The translations under genes were made by a program, and so were the position numbers. The notes under the pieces are model-generated. The model saw only the letters and a program-made list of their open reading frames with translations, made no database searches and was not told the origin of the DNA. Shown in pieces: positions 1 to 13,525 of a stretch of DNA of 64,000 nt; position 1 is the stretch's first letter, and the number at the start of each line of letters is the position of its first letter. Origin of the DNA: the human T2T-CHM13v2.0 reference genome, Homo sapiens; assembly GCF_009914755.1 (NCBI RefSeq), contig NC_060927.1; one strand, given 5' to 3'.

Positions 1-172
1 TGCTCAAGTTCTTCTTAAGTTGTGGTGTGAACACTATTGTCGAAAATATAAAAAAATTTGGAAAGATATTTAGATGTGATTAAAAATAATTTGAAGAGGA
101 TTTAAAATTCCCACAACATCCTGTGCTATTATTTTAGATGAGGGAATTTTAGAAATGGTGTTAAGAAAAATA

Positions 173-613
<441 letters not shown>

Positions 614-660
614 CTAAGCCACGTTGGCTAGGGGATTAATGCATATCAGAAACACAACAT

Positions 661-918
661 TCTGGAACAAGACAAGGATGCCCACTCTCACCACCCTTAT
701 TCAATGTAGTACTGTAAGTCTTAGCCAGAGCAGTTCATCAAAAGAAAGAAATAAAGGGCATCCAAATGTAAAGGAAGTCAAATCGTCCTGTTTGCAGATG
801 ACCTAAACTTATATATAGAAACACCTAAAGACTCTAAAAAAAAAAAACAAAACCTCTTAGAACTGATGAATGTAAAGTTGCAGGGTACAGAATTAATACA
901 CAAAAATCAGCAGCATTT
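661..918 (+). mobile_element. L1 ORF2 (RT region) fragment; 5' piece of an L1MA-like element that continues at 4594
   Basis: GGAACAAGACAAGGATGCCCACTCTCACCA and TGTTTGCAGATGAC (FADD-encoding) L1 motifs; ends at CAAAAATCAGCAGCATTT. Confidence 0.85.
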
Positions 919-3900
919 TTTTTCTGAGATTTTAGTGTACCCATCACCCAAGCAGTGTACTCTGTACCCAATGTGTAGTCTTTTATCCCTCATTCCTCTT
1001 CCAACATTCCCCCGAGCCCCCAAAGCCCATCATATCATTTTTATACTTTGTATCCACATAGCTTAGCTCCCACTTATAAATGAGAACATAAGATATTTGG
1101 TTTTCCACTCCTGAGTTACTGAGTTAATTCACTTAGAATAATGGTCTCCAGCTTCATCCAGGTTACTGTGAATGCCCTTATTTCGTTCCTTCTTATGGTT
1201 GAGTAATATGCCATGATACGTATATACCACATTTTCCTTATCCACTTGTTGGTCGATGGGCATTTATTCTGGCTTCATATTTTTGCAGTTGCGTACTGTG
1301 TTGCTATAAACATGCATGTGCAAATGTCTTTTTCAGATAATGACTTCTTTTCCTCTGGGTAGATACCCAGTGGTAGGATTGCTGGGTAAATTGGAGTTCT
1401 TTAAGGAATCTCCATACTGTTTTCTACAGTGGTTGTACTAGTTTGCATTTCCACTAGCAGTGTAAAAGTGTTCCCTTTTCACGAAATCCATGCCAACATC
1501 TATTATTTTTGATTTTTAAATTATGGTCGTTTTTGCAAGAGTAACGTTTTGTGGTTTTGATTTACGTCTCCCTGATAATTTGTGATATCGAGCATTTTTT
1601 CCATGTTGGTTGGCCATTTGTATATCTTCTTTTGAGAATTGTCTATTCATGTCTTTTGCCCAATTTCTGATGGGATTATTTGATTGTTGTTGCTGATTTG
1701 TTTGAGTTCATTGTAGATTCTGGATATTAGTCCGTTGTCAGATGCATAGTTTGCAAATATTTTCTCCCATTCTGTGGGTTGTCTATTTACTCTGCTGATT
1801 CTTTCTTTGCTGTGCAAAAGCTTTCAGTTTAATTAGGTCTCTTCTATTGGTTTTTGTTTTGGTTGCATTTGCTTTTGGGTTCTTGGTCATGAACTCTTTT
1901 GCTGAGCCAATGTCTAGAAGAGTTTTTCAAAGCTATCTTCAAGAATTTTTATGGTTTCACGTCTCAGATTCAAATCTATGGTCCATCTTGAGTTGATTTT
2001 TGTGTAAGGTGAGAGATGAGGATCCAGTTTCATTCTTCTACATGTGGCTTGACTATTATCCCAGCACCATTTGTTGAACAGGGTGTCCTTTTCCCACTTT
2101 ATGTTTTTGTTTGCTTTCCCAAAGATCAGTTGACTGTAAGTATTTGGTTTGATTTCTGGGTTCTCTGTTCTGTTCCATTGGTCTATCTCCCTATTTTTAT
2201 ACCAGTACCATGCTGTTTTGGTAACTGTAGTCTTTTAGGATAGTATGAAGATAGGTAATGTGATGCCTCCAGATTTGTTCTTTTTTCTTAGTACAGCTTT
2301 GGCTATGTGTACTCTTTTTTGGTTCCATAAGAATTTAGGGTTTTTTTTGTTTTTTGTTTTTGTTTTTGTTTTTGTTTTCTAGTTCTGATGGTACTTTGAT
2401 GGGAATTGCACTGAATCTGTAGATTGCTTTTGTCAGTATGGTCATTTTCACAATATTGATTCTACCCATTCATGAGAATGGGATGTGTTTCCATTTTTTC
2501 GTGTTATGGATGATTTCTTTCAGCAGTGTTTTGTAGTTCTCCTTGTAGAGATCTTTCACTTCCTTGGTTAGGTATATTCCCAAGTATTTTATTTTCTTGC
2601 AGCTGTTGTAAAAAGGATTGAGTTCTTGATTTGTTTCTCAGCTTTGTTGTTGTTAGTGTATAGGAGTGCTGCTGATTTGCATACATTGATTTTGTACCCT
2701 GAAACTTTACTGAATTTATTTATCAGACTAGGAGCTTTTTGGATGAGTCTTTAGGGTTTTCTAGATATACAATCATATCATCAGTGAACAGCAACAGTTT
2801 AACTTGCTCTTTACTGATTTGGATACCCATGCTTTCTTTGTCTTGACTAATTGCTCTGGCTAGGACTTCCAGCACTATGTTGAATAGAAGTGGGGGAAGT
2901 AGGCATCCTTGTCTTGTTCCAGTTCTCAAGAGGAATGTTTTCAACTTTTCCCCATTCAGTGTAATGATGGCTGTGGGTCTTTCATAGATGGCTTTTATTA
3001 CCTTGAGGTATGTCCCTTCTATGCCAATTTTCCTGAGGGTTTTAATCATGAAGAGATGCTGGATTTTGTCAAATGCTTTTCCTGTGTCTATTGAAATGAG
3101 CATATAATTTTTCTTTTTAATTCTGTTTATGTGATGTATCACATTTATTGACCTGCATATGTTAAACCATCCCTGTTATGAAACCCACTTGATATGGTGT
3201 GTCATCTTTTTGATATGCTGTTGGATTCAGTTAGCTATTACTTTGTTGAGAATTTTTGCATCTGTGATCATCAGGGATATAGGTCTGTAGTTTTATTTTT
3301 TGTTATGTCCTTTCACGGTTTTGGTATTAGGGTGATACCAGCTTTATAGAATGACTTAGGGAGGATTCCCTCTTTCTCAGTCTTTTGGAATGGCTTCAGT
3401 AAGATCGGTAACAATTTTCTGAATGTCTGCAAGAATTCAGCTGTGAATCCATCTGGTCCTGGACTTTTTCTTGTTAACAATTATTTGTATTAATCTTTCA
3501 GTCTTGCTACTTGTTATTGGCCTGTTCAGAGTTTCTACTTCTTCATGGTTTAATCTAGGAGGGTTGCATATTTCCAGGAATTTATCTATCGCCTCTAGAT
3601 TTTTAGTTTGTGTGCATATAGGTGTTCACAGTAGCCTTGAATGATCTTTTGTATTTCTGCAGTATCAGATGTAATATCTCCCCTTTTGTTTCTAATTGAG
3701 CTTATTTGGATCTCTCTTCTTTTCTTGGTTAATTTCATTAATGATCTATCGATTTTGTTGATCTTTTCAAAGAACCAGCTTTTTCTTTCATTTATCTTTT
3801 GTATTATATTGTTTGTTTGTTTCAATTTCCTTTAGTTCTGCTCTGATCTTTGCCATTTATTTGATTATTTATTTATTTATTTATTTATTTACTTAAGATG

Positions 3901-4593
3901 GAGTCTCTGTCGTCCAGGCTGGAGTGCAGTGGTGTTATCTGAGCTCACTGCAACCTCTCCTTCCTGGGTTCAAGTGATTCTCCTGCCTCAACCTCCCAAT
4001 TAGCTGGGATTACAGGTGCGTGCCACCATGCCTGGCTAATTTTTTTGTATTTTTAGTACAGACGGGGTTTCAGCGTGTTAGCCAGGATGGTCTTGATCTC
4101 CAGGACCTCGTGATCTGCCCACCTTGGCCCCCCAAAGGGCTGGGATTACAGGCGTGAGCCACCGTGCCCGACCCTGTCATTTATTTTCTTCTGCTGGGCT
4201 TGGGTTTGGTTTGTTCTTGTTTCTCTAGTTACTTGAGGTGTGACCTCAGATTGTCTACCTGCATTCTTTCAAATGCTCTGAACTTTCCTCTTAGCACCAC
4301 TTTTGCTGTCCCAGGGTTTTGATAAGTTGTGTCACTATTATTGTTCAGCTGAAAGAATTTTTATATTTCCATCTTGATTTCATTGTTGACCCAAAGATCA
4401 TTCAAGAGCATATTACTTAATTTTAATGTATTTGTGTAGTTCTGAGGGTTTATTTTGGTGTCAATTTCTAGTTCTATTCCACTGTGGTCAGAGAGGGTAT
4501 TTGATATAATTTTGATTTTCTTAAAATTATTGAGACTTGTTTTGTATCCTATCGTAAGGCCTGTCTTGAAGAATTTCCATGTGCTGATGAATG
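919..4593 (-). mobile_element. 5'-truncated L1PB-like LINE-1 (3' UTR and most of ORF2), interrupted by an Alu
   Basis: L1PB-type 3' UTR at the left end; ORF2 remnants in the ORF track (2723-3142, ...GTRQGCLL...[14 protein letters not shown]; 3595-3825, ...KSWFFEKINKIDR...); many stops and frameshifts. Confidence 0.92.
3863..4173 (-). mobile_element. Alu SINE, AluSc/Sc8-like, inserted in the L1PB
   Basis: Left arm ACCATCCTGGCTAACACG with S-type right arm; (TTTA)n tail; TSD TGCCATTTATTT (3851-3862) / TGTCATTTATTT (4175-4186). Confidence 0.93.
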
Positions 4594-6343
4594 AGTATTT
4601 CTATACATGAAAAATACTCATAATCAAAAGAATTAATATTGTTAAAATTATGATACCATTCAAAGCAATCTACAGATTCAATGCAGTTCCTATCAAAATA
4701 CCAATGACACTTTTCACAGAAATAGAAAACAATCTTAAAATATTTATGGAACCCTAGGAGACCCTGAATAGCCAAAGCAATCCTAAGTGAAAAGAACAAA
4801 GTCAGGGGTATCACAGCACTAGACCTCACAATGTGTTACAAAACTGTAGTGACCAATATAGCATGGTACTGGCATAGAAACAGACACATAGACAAATGGA
4901 ATAGAATGAACAACCCAACCCAGAAATTAATCCACATATCTATAGCCAGCTGTTTTATGTCAAAGGTGCCAACACTCACTGGGGAAAGGACAATCTTTTC
5001 AACAAATGGTCCATAGAAAACTGGATATCTATATATATGCCAAAGAATGAAACTAGATTATTCACCTGTCACCCTATCCAAAAATCAACTCAGGATGGAT
5101 TAAAGACATAAACATAGGACCCAATACTGTAAAACAACTAGAAGATAGCACAGGAAAAATGCTTCAGGACATTGGTCTGGAAAAATATTTTATGAATTAG
5201 ACCTCAAAAACACAGAAAACAAATGCAAAAATAAACAAATGAGATTATATCAAAACTGAAAAAACTTATGCACAGCAAAGGAAACAGTAGAGTAAAAAGA
5301 CAGTCTACAGAATTAGAGAAATATTTGCAAACACTCCTCCAACAGGATATTAATATCCAGAATATCCAAGGAACCCAAATATCTCAACAGCAGACAAAAC
5401 AAAACAAACAACCTAAATAAAAAAATGGGCAAATGATCTGAACAGACATTTATTGAAAGAAGACATATAAATCTCTAACAAATACGTAAAAATACTCAAC
5501 ATTACTAATCATTAGGGAAACACAAATGAAAATTACAATGAGGTATCACCTCACCCTAGTTAAGATGGCTATTATCAAAAAGGGAAAAAAATAACAAATC
5601 CTGTTGAGAATGCAGAAAAAAAGGGAACTTCCTTAAAAAACTACAAATACAATTGCCACATGATCCAGCAATCCCACTACCTGGAATTTATCAATAGAAA
5701 AGAAAAACATTATACAGAAGAGACATTTGCACCCTTATGTTTATTATGGCATTATTCACAATAGCCAAGATATGAAATCTACCTAGATGTCCAGTAACAG
5801 ATGAATAGATAAAGAAAATGTGGTATATATTCACAACAGAATGCTATACAGCCATAAAAAAGAATGAAAGCCTACACTCATGGCAACATGGATAGAACTG
5901 GAGGACATTAGGCTAACTGAAATAAGCCAGGAAAAGAAAGTTAAACACCACATGTTCTCATTCTTATGCAGAAGCTTAAAAAAGTTAATCTCACAGAAGT
6001 AAAAAGTAGAACAGAAGGTATTAGAGGTTGGGAGTGGTAGGGGGAAGGGAGGGCTAGGGAGAGATTTGTTAAGGGATATAAAATTCTGTCTAGATAAGAG
6101 GAATAAATTACAGTGTTTTATACCACTGTAATATGACTCTAGTTAATAAGATATTATATAGTTTTAAATAACTAGAAAGAAAATTTTGAATGCTCTCAAA
6201 CACAAAAAAAGGATAAATGTTTGAAATGATAAATATATTAATTATCCTGATCTGATCACTATACACTATACATATTGAAACACTGTTTTGTACCCCATGA
6301 ATTTGTACAATTATTATCAATTAAAAACTAAAAACTAAAAAAT
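4594..6343 (+). mobile_element. L1MA4/5-like LINE-1 3' portion (ORF2 end, 3' UTR, A-rich tail)
   Basis: AAAGCAATCTACAGATTCAATGCA; ORF2 peptide [14 protein letters not shown] (4831-5016); L1MA-type 3' UTR CCTGATCTGATCACTATACA...CAATTAAAAA. Confidence 0.9.
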
Positions 6344-9049
6344 AAGCTTTACATTTATTCCTATGGGAATATTCATCTTAAATTATATTTATTTTGAGTT
6401 ATGTGAGGTGTTCAGGAAGGCATCCCTTTCAAAATATTAGACCACCCAATATCTTCAAGTTCAAATATTATTTCAGCCCCTGTGTGCTGGTGCAATGCTT
6501 AAACAATTTGTTTAAATAAATGCTCCTTATAAAGCTTACATTTATAAATTGATAAAATTTTTAAAAATACCTCTGGTATGCCTTTCTAAATGAATGAAAA
6601 AATGTATCCTGCAGTGAAGAAGCACATTTCCCCCTCTGCAAGCTCCAGGATGGTCTTAGGCTGTATTTTCCTCGTAGAGCTCCAGGAAATTCCCTTACCT
6701 GTCCTTCACACATCTGGCCTGTGTTAGAGATGCTGATTTGGCAAAGTCCAGCAGCTTTTCTGATACTCCTGAGGTATATATAAGTTAACAGTCAGGGCCT
6801 GCATATCCAACTCAGCTGTGACAATTGTGAAGTCAAGACCAAGTTGCTTCTTGTTTCCTGAAGCCTGCTGATGACTATTCCTAATCCCAGTTCTCCACAT
6901 TTTGACCCCTGGATAACTACACCAGAGGTAGCAAACTGCCTTGTGCTTCCTAGAGACATGGGGGATGAAAAGTGTATCTGCGACATCATTGTACACTTGA
7001 CAGCCCTTTGAGGTCCTCAGCATCATGTAACTGTCCTGGAATACCTTCTACTCATGGTCCCCAATGTTAGCAAGGGGTGAGAACCCTTGGTTAGGGCTAA
7101 GCAGAGCACGTGCCTGAAGTCCTAGAGATTGTCGGAGCCTATATATAGCTAATTCATTATTTCAGTATATTTATTGATGAAGACATGGCTCTGCCTAAAA
7201 AGAATTATGGTAATACATTCACAAAACAACACAAGAAGACAACAAACAAACACAACAAAAAATAAATCGTTTGGACCATAATTTGCTCTCACTTTAAAAT
7301 GAGCTACAATTATTGAAAACTTAAAAACTAGAAATATTCCAAATGAAAGTTATTTCTGCTAAATACTACAGACAGAGTGTATGAGAAAGGTTTTCCCAAA
7401 TTACACAGTATATGTGCTCAGCATATATTTTCTATTCTCAAGGCTTCCAATCTAACTGTTTAAAGAAATGCTGCTTGGAGAGCTTATGTGAATGAGAGCT
7501 TTATTATCTAAGCCGCTTATTTTATGAAGTCGTCTTTTTTCTCAAGGCTTCCTTCAAATATACACCTTCCCCGCATTCTACAACTCCTGCCATCAGGATT
7601 GTGAACCATATTTACAGACATAAAAATGCAAAACGGGTTTTATTATGCTTACTTTTACATTTTAGTTTATCAGATCCATTTGAGTCCACAAATAAATGAA
7701 AACTATAGAAATGTGAAAAACTATATCTCCACCTGATTTTCATATGCATTCATAGAATTATATGAAACATCCTTACAACAACAGTTTATTTTTCCCCTAA
7801 CAGTATGCAGAATTGTTTTTAAAGTAAATTTAAAAAATTACTTACCAACTTTTTACTATAAGACTTCTAAATAGGAACTGATTTATGATGACAGTTTAAT
7901 GTTCTTGTCATCCTGAGTGATATTAAAATATGTAATCAATATTAAGGGCATGGCTGCCAATCAAACAGAAGTAGTATTGACTAAATGGGGTTGTCCCTGA
8001 CAAATAACTGTGAGATCAGCTCTTATATAGCCCTATTAGTTTCTCCTTTTTCTGTAATTTACATGGCTTTTTTTTCTAAAGGAGAAACACAGAAAATAAA
8101 GAGGTTGTTGGATAGTTTTTGCCATTCCATCTAGTCTCCGTAGGACAAAATGCTTAGTTGAAAAATTGGGGCCTGCAATGCAACTAAAAGGAACTTTAAG
8201 GAGTATCAATTTTATATTAATTCAACCAGGGGATTGTTGCTGAATATAAGAATTTGTTCAAATTCTTTCAGTGCATGAGATATCATTTATAAGTTATTTT
8301 GCTGGTCAGAACACAGTGACATCTAGGACAGTCTGAAAAGTGCAAAATTGCTCCAAGAAAGCACATTGTCTGAATTTAGATTGTGGCAGCTAGACATGCA
8401 AGCTTGGGATCCACCACTTTTTTTAATCAAAAAAATTGACTACTCATTTAGTCCATTTTATGGTCAAAATAGGCCCATTTAGCCTATTTTATGATCAAAA
8501 TAATTATATAGATCATCTACTGACTGCCAGGTATTGCTGGGAACACTTTACTTACCTCAGATTAGAGCTGCATCTTCTGCAGGTTTACATTCTAAAGTTA
8601 CCTTATAGAGCCAGATTCATTAATATCAAAATTATCCTTGGAAATATAACAGCATCGCCATGGAGACTGAAATCCCATCCCTCAATAAATATGGAACCAG
8701 TTTTTTTCCTTAGCTTTGAGACAGGTTGCCATTTCTTGCTTTAATTACAGATTAAATAATTATCTTGTACTTAAAGAGAAGTGCTTATTTTAAAACACTG
8801 TATAAATAATGTGAGATGGCAGGATGCTTACAACACAAGAGATGCATTGCACCTGAGACTAACTGGAGAATGAACACACACACCTCTCAGACTGGAACAT
8901 AATTTCTTTGAGTATAGAAGTAAGTGTAATCTCCTACGTCTTTCAGAAGTGCTATTTCTTATTCTTTGTTTATCCACTGTACTTCTGCAGCCCAAGTGCG
9001 TAATGTTGAATATGTTTTACCACTAGTTGATGTGCATGTTGTGTCACTC

Positions 9050-9200
9050 CTCTGTATCTATAATACCTATAACAACCCTGAAAGGTAGAGTAATTATTTT
9101 CATTGAAAAGATTAAAAAAAAAAAAACCTGAGGCTGGGAGAGGATAAAGTACATGTTGCAGATTACATTCCTGGCAGAACTGAGTCCAAAAGAAGCACTG
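9050..9200 (-). mobile_element. MIR SINE fragment
   Basis: ATAACAACCCTGAAAGGTAG...AAACCTGAGGCTGGGAGAGGATAAAGTAC resembles the MIR core, reverse strand. Confidence 0.65.
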
Positions 9201-9547
9201 GCTTCAAGACATCAGGTTCCCATTGGTGCATACAATTCCTTGAGCTAGTGCTCTGATATCACATTGATTACAGAAGCTCTACCAAGGCCCTTTCTCTATC
9301 CAGTAAGGCCTCGTCTTCAGATGTCCTGTCTTTAGAAGCTCTATTTACAGACTGGAAATACCGCTTATGCATCTATTTCATCTGTGGGATGATAGGATTC
9401 TCATTCTGTCTCTAGACTAAGGGTCTGAAAAAAATGCTGAATGTTAAATATTCAAATACAGAGCAATCAAAAATTTGAAAATAAAAATGTAAAATAAGAA
9501 TTCTAATCTTAAAATTATATCTACTATTAGTTCTTAGTGTTATCAGT

Positions 9548-9630
9548 TATCTGGCTGACCCATATGAAATTGCCATTTCCATGGGTGAAAAATGTTTATT
9601 ATAAGCAATCTCTTAGGGTCCAAACCAAAT
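9548..9630. mobile_element. MADE2-like mariner MITE (diverged)
   Basis: GGCTGACCCATATGAAATTGCC resembles the MADE2 TIR (GGTTGAACCATATGAAATTGCC); ~80 bp; degenerate second TIR GCAATCTCTTAGGGTCCAAACC. Confidence 0.65.
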
Positions 9631-9884
9631 TGATCACCATGACTTTTATAGTAGAAAATGGTCTGTGAATCAATGTCGTGTTTTCCGGACACCTTATGAA
9701 ATACAGCCTTCTGATGACTATCAACCTAAGTGTGTTTTGTTTGTTTGGCTTTTTGTTTATTTATTTGTTTTTTTCTCCTCTCTCTTCAGAGCAGTTATCA
9801 AAATCTAGATTAGTTTTGTCTAGTTTTCTTTTTTTTTTTACTTATTTAACCTCTGACTTCTCCCAGTAGAATTTACTTTCACCA

Positions 9885-9945
9885 CCTACGAAAGTACCTG
9901 GAGCATAGAAAGCATTCAATAAATATTTGTTAAATAAAATAAACT
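9885..9945 (+). mobile_element. L2 3'-end fragment
   Basis: GTACCTGGAGCATAGAAAGCATTCAATAAATATTTGTTAAAT, a typical L2 terminus. Confidence 0.65.
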
Positions 9946-11124
9946 TGATGGGGTTGAAAGTATCTGCCTAAAATGTTGAATTATTAGGTATATTTTCTAT
10001 TTGGAGTGATACTATAAAACATACATTTACAATTCCCCAATGTCCCTTTGAAAAAGATAAATTAATTCATTTCATTAGTGATATTGTATTGCCTGTGGCA
10101 TGACTTGTCACTGTGGCTACAATAGACTAATGATTGGATAATGAGAGTTTATTTATCATGGAACCAATTTTTGCTATAGAACTGAAGTATAAATAATGGT
10201 ATATCAGCATTCACATTATGAATACTGTTATAGAGTTTGTTAGTTGGTCATAAAAATTCTCCCTAGGCTGAAACAACTAGTGGGTAAACATTGCACATAT
10301 CACATATAATATATCAAAATAAGAGTGCAGTGGTCCTTTCTTAATCAAAGAACAAACATTGCATACAAAATTCCTTTTGTACAATGAGTGTAAAGCTATT
10401 GAAGAACTCCAATCTGTCCTATCACTTATATTTCTTGATGACATTCAGCACCTTGGAAATAATGGTAGGTGTAAAATAATCATGATAAGATAATGTGTGT
10501 ACTGATAGGAGAAATATAAAAGTCTACCAGAAAATTCATTCAGATGAGAAAATTAGATTTATCAGATAATATGAGTGCCAATATGGCTTAAAAATTCAGA
10601 CCAAAAAAAGCCACCAAGAAATACAACTCTGGCTTCTGGTATTCACCATGCCAGCATTCTTGATGTTGAAATGCAATACTACTTTTCACAAATATAAGAG
10701 AGTGATTTTTACAAGCCTTCTGTATAAGTCATTATTTTTTGAGAAAATACAGTTTGGCTACAAAAATTCCTCTTATGCTTAAAAAATTAATTTGTAAAAC
10801 ATATTATTTTGTTTAACTGAGAATACTCAAAAACCCTTCCTCAGATCTTGGAGGTGCCAATCAAGTGACTTTTCCTAAGGGATTAATGTGGTTTAAAATG
10901 TCACCCATCACTGTAGTGAGCAGCCAAGGGATGGAAGGGGCATCCTGGAGCTTCTGGTTTTTCCAGTAGCTCAGAGTAGGCAGATTTTGCAGATATCCAG
11001 CCTTAGGAAATAGTGGTGACCTGTTTTGGAACCAGTAAGTATTAACAATTACTGTTCTAATGACTAAAATATTAAAAACTTCCTCTGAAGTGACAAGCTT
11101 TTTGCTGTCAGGGGTTTTGAATAT

Positions 11125-11482
11125 TGTTTTAGTTCATTGGGGCTGCTATAAAAAATGCCATAAACTGAGTAGCTTTTATAAACAACAGAAGTTTGATTTT
11201 CACAATTCCAGAGAATGAGAAGTCCAAAGTCAAGACACTGGTAGACTTAAGGGCCTGCTTTCTCATTCATAGATGGTGCCTTCTCTCTGTGCTCTGATGT
11301 GGTGGAAACGGTGAGGGGGGTCTTTCTTGGGCCTTTTTTGTAAGGGCACTAATCCCTTTCCTGAGAGCTCTGCTCTCATGACCTAATTACTCCCAAAGGT
11401 TCTACCTCCCAATACCATCACATTCAGGGTTAGGATTTCAAAATATGAAGTTTAGGGAGACACACACCATCAGACTATAGCA
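11125..11482 (-). mobile_element. MLT1A-family MaLR solo LTR
   Basis: TG...CA ends; GGGGCTGCTATAA, AAGGGCACTAATCCC, CATGACCTAATTACTCCCAAAGG, CAGACTATAGCA. Confidence 0.88.
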
Positions 11483-11524
11483 TACATTTTATCTGCCAAG
11501 AATATTCTTTTCTTGGTTAACACT

Positions 11525-11810
11525 GACTTATCCTTCCAGGATTCTCTTTATATATCACTGTCTAAGAAAAGCCTTCCTTACCTTCCTCCAATTACACCCT
11601 GATGGCTACACATACACACATACATATACATAGTTTCTATCACACTTTCTCATGGCTCCTTCAATATTTTTTCTTCATAGCACCTTAATATGTGTGTGAC
11701 CATTAGTTTCATGAGGGAAGACACGTTCTTTCCTTTTATGCTACATCCCCAAGATCTAGCAGAGTATCTGGCATGTAGTGGAGGCTTAATACACATTGCT
11801 GAATGCTTGA
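11525..11810 (+). mobile_element. L2 3' fragment
   Basis: CATGAGGGAAG...CTAGCAGAGTATCTGGCATGTAGTGGAGGCTTAATACACATTGCTGAATG. Confidence 0.65.
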
Positions 11811-12059
11811 CTTTTTGAAGTTGTTTTTATTCTGCTCCTTTGTGTTTTTCTTTGAACTAGAATTTACAATAGATACAGACTGTATGTTCCTTTTCAGCAC
11901 TGCCTTGTTTTGTTTCTAGCCTTAACCCTACACTTCTGTCAGATCAACCATTTGTCATCTTATAGATGGCTCAACGACTGCTCACTGCAGCTGCTGCTCT
12001 GGGATTGGCTCTCCTGTAAGATTCATGGCTAAGGCAAGTTTCTTCAGCTTCAAAGTTTT

Positions 12060-12280
12060 AGTTCTATTCAATGAGCATTTGTTGTGCCTCTGCAATTGGC
12101 TCAACACAATGCTCAGAGCTTAAATATAAAAATGAGGAAGATTAGGTTTTATGTTAGAGGATCTTTGAGTCAAGGGTTAGGGAGAGGTTTCTCTTGGATA
12201 GACCAATACAGTGAAATGTGCTAAGAGTCACATTCAGGATGCTATATAGGATTTGGCCTAAACTAGGGAAAGTGGTTTTC
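12060..12280 (-). mobile_element. L2 3' fragment
   Basis: ATTCAATGAGCATTTGTTGTGCCTC... is a reverse L2 terminus; heavily diverged. Confidence 0.5.
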
Positions 12281-13297
12281 TCACTGCTTGTGACTTGCTG
12301 ACATGCCAGAGTATCTGGTAGTTATATTCAGTGTATTCAGTGATTCTCTCAGAAAAGCAAGGGCTCTACAAGTTGAATTATTAGAATAACACGTTGGATT
12401 GTGATACAAGTTCTAAATACCCACATGCAAAATTTGTCTAGGGAAGAAACTTCATTGATCTCATTCTTAGTCTGGATTTCCTTTTAAATGCAGAATTCTA
12501 AGCTGTAATCTCTAATCTCTAATGAAAGATCCTGCTTCAGTAGGTTTCTTTTAATAAGTGTTCTAGGTATTTCTGATGCTGTCAGGCCCCCAGACCTTGC
12601 CCTTTTTTCACAAACATCAACATTATCATTAATCTGTTCAGGTTATAAAAATTGTATTCCACCAGCCACAACCTTGTCTTTCACCCCCTCTTCACTACGG
12701 GAAATTTAATCTATTTTCACAGAAATTATCTTTCTTTTGAAGATATTTTCACTTTAAACAACAGAAATAAATAATTATATTTGATTGAAAGTAGAGCTTC
12801 TAAGCAAAGATCTTCACTCTATTGTTCTGGCTGATGATTGGAAATGCAAAGCCAGAACAATACCAGAACTTACTAGGGGCCAGTAAGTTTCATCCTGGTG
12901 CCTCTGTCTTGAATGACCACTCCCTTTAAAATCCTTACACACAGTGGGTTGGGTTATTAATGGAAATGCTAGGAAACAGTGATCATTGGTTTTTTAGACA
13001 TTAATAGCATTTGATCATGGGAATCTGTGCCACTTCCATTGAGCTTATTTGAGAAGCCTTCTGCTATACTATCCCAGTTGGGTTTGACTGTTTGTTTTTA
13101 AGGGTTTTATTTATTTGCTTTTTTTTTTTTTAAGTATTTCCCTATATCTATTATACTTACTTAATTCCTTCTTGAAATATAGTCTGTTGGAAGATAGAAT
13201 CTGAGCTCTTAGAGGGACCTCATTTCTGGAAGGATGGATAGAGATCAAATTGGCAGTACTAGCTAGAAATCATGAGTCATATCTGCCTCCAGACAAA

Positions 13298-13525
13298 TTA
13301 TAGCTAACGTTTGTGTAGCACTTCACATGTTCCAAATGGATTTTTCAAAGGCTATCTCATTTAATTCTCACATCTTTCCTGTAAGTTAGTTCCTCATAAC
13401 TCCATTTTATAGATAAGAACACAAGGTTTAGGAGAAGTCAAGTGATTGTTCAAAGATCTCGGAGTAAGTACAAGAAAATGAGGGTCAAGAGGGGGACTTT
13501 GACTTTCAAATTCCATTATCTTTAT
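13298..13525 (-). mobile_element. MIR SINE
   Basis: TATCTCATTTAATTCTCACA...CCATTTTATAGATAAGAACACAAGG...AAGTGATTGTTCAAAGATC, MIR core. Confidence 0.8.

Noticed and set aside
2723-3142. 139-aa ORF with reverse-transcriptase motifs
   Set aside because: A broken piece of L1 ORF2 (FADD changed to FTDD) bounded by stops and frameshifts; not a gene or a novel RT system
6724-7026. 100-aa minus-strand ORF in unique DNA
   Set aside because: No recognisable domain, and it does not respect the predicted splice boundaries; kept only as a non-coding exon candidate
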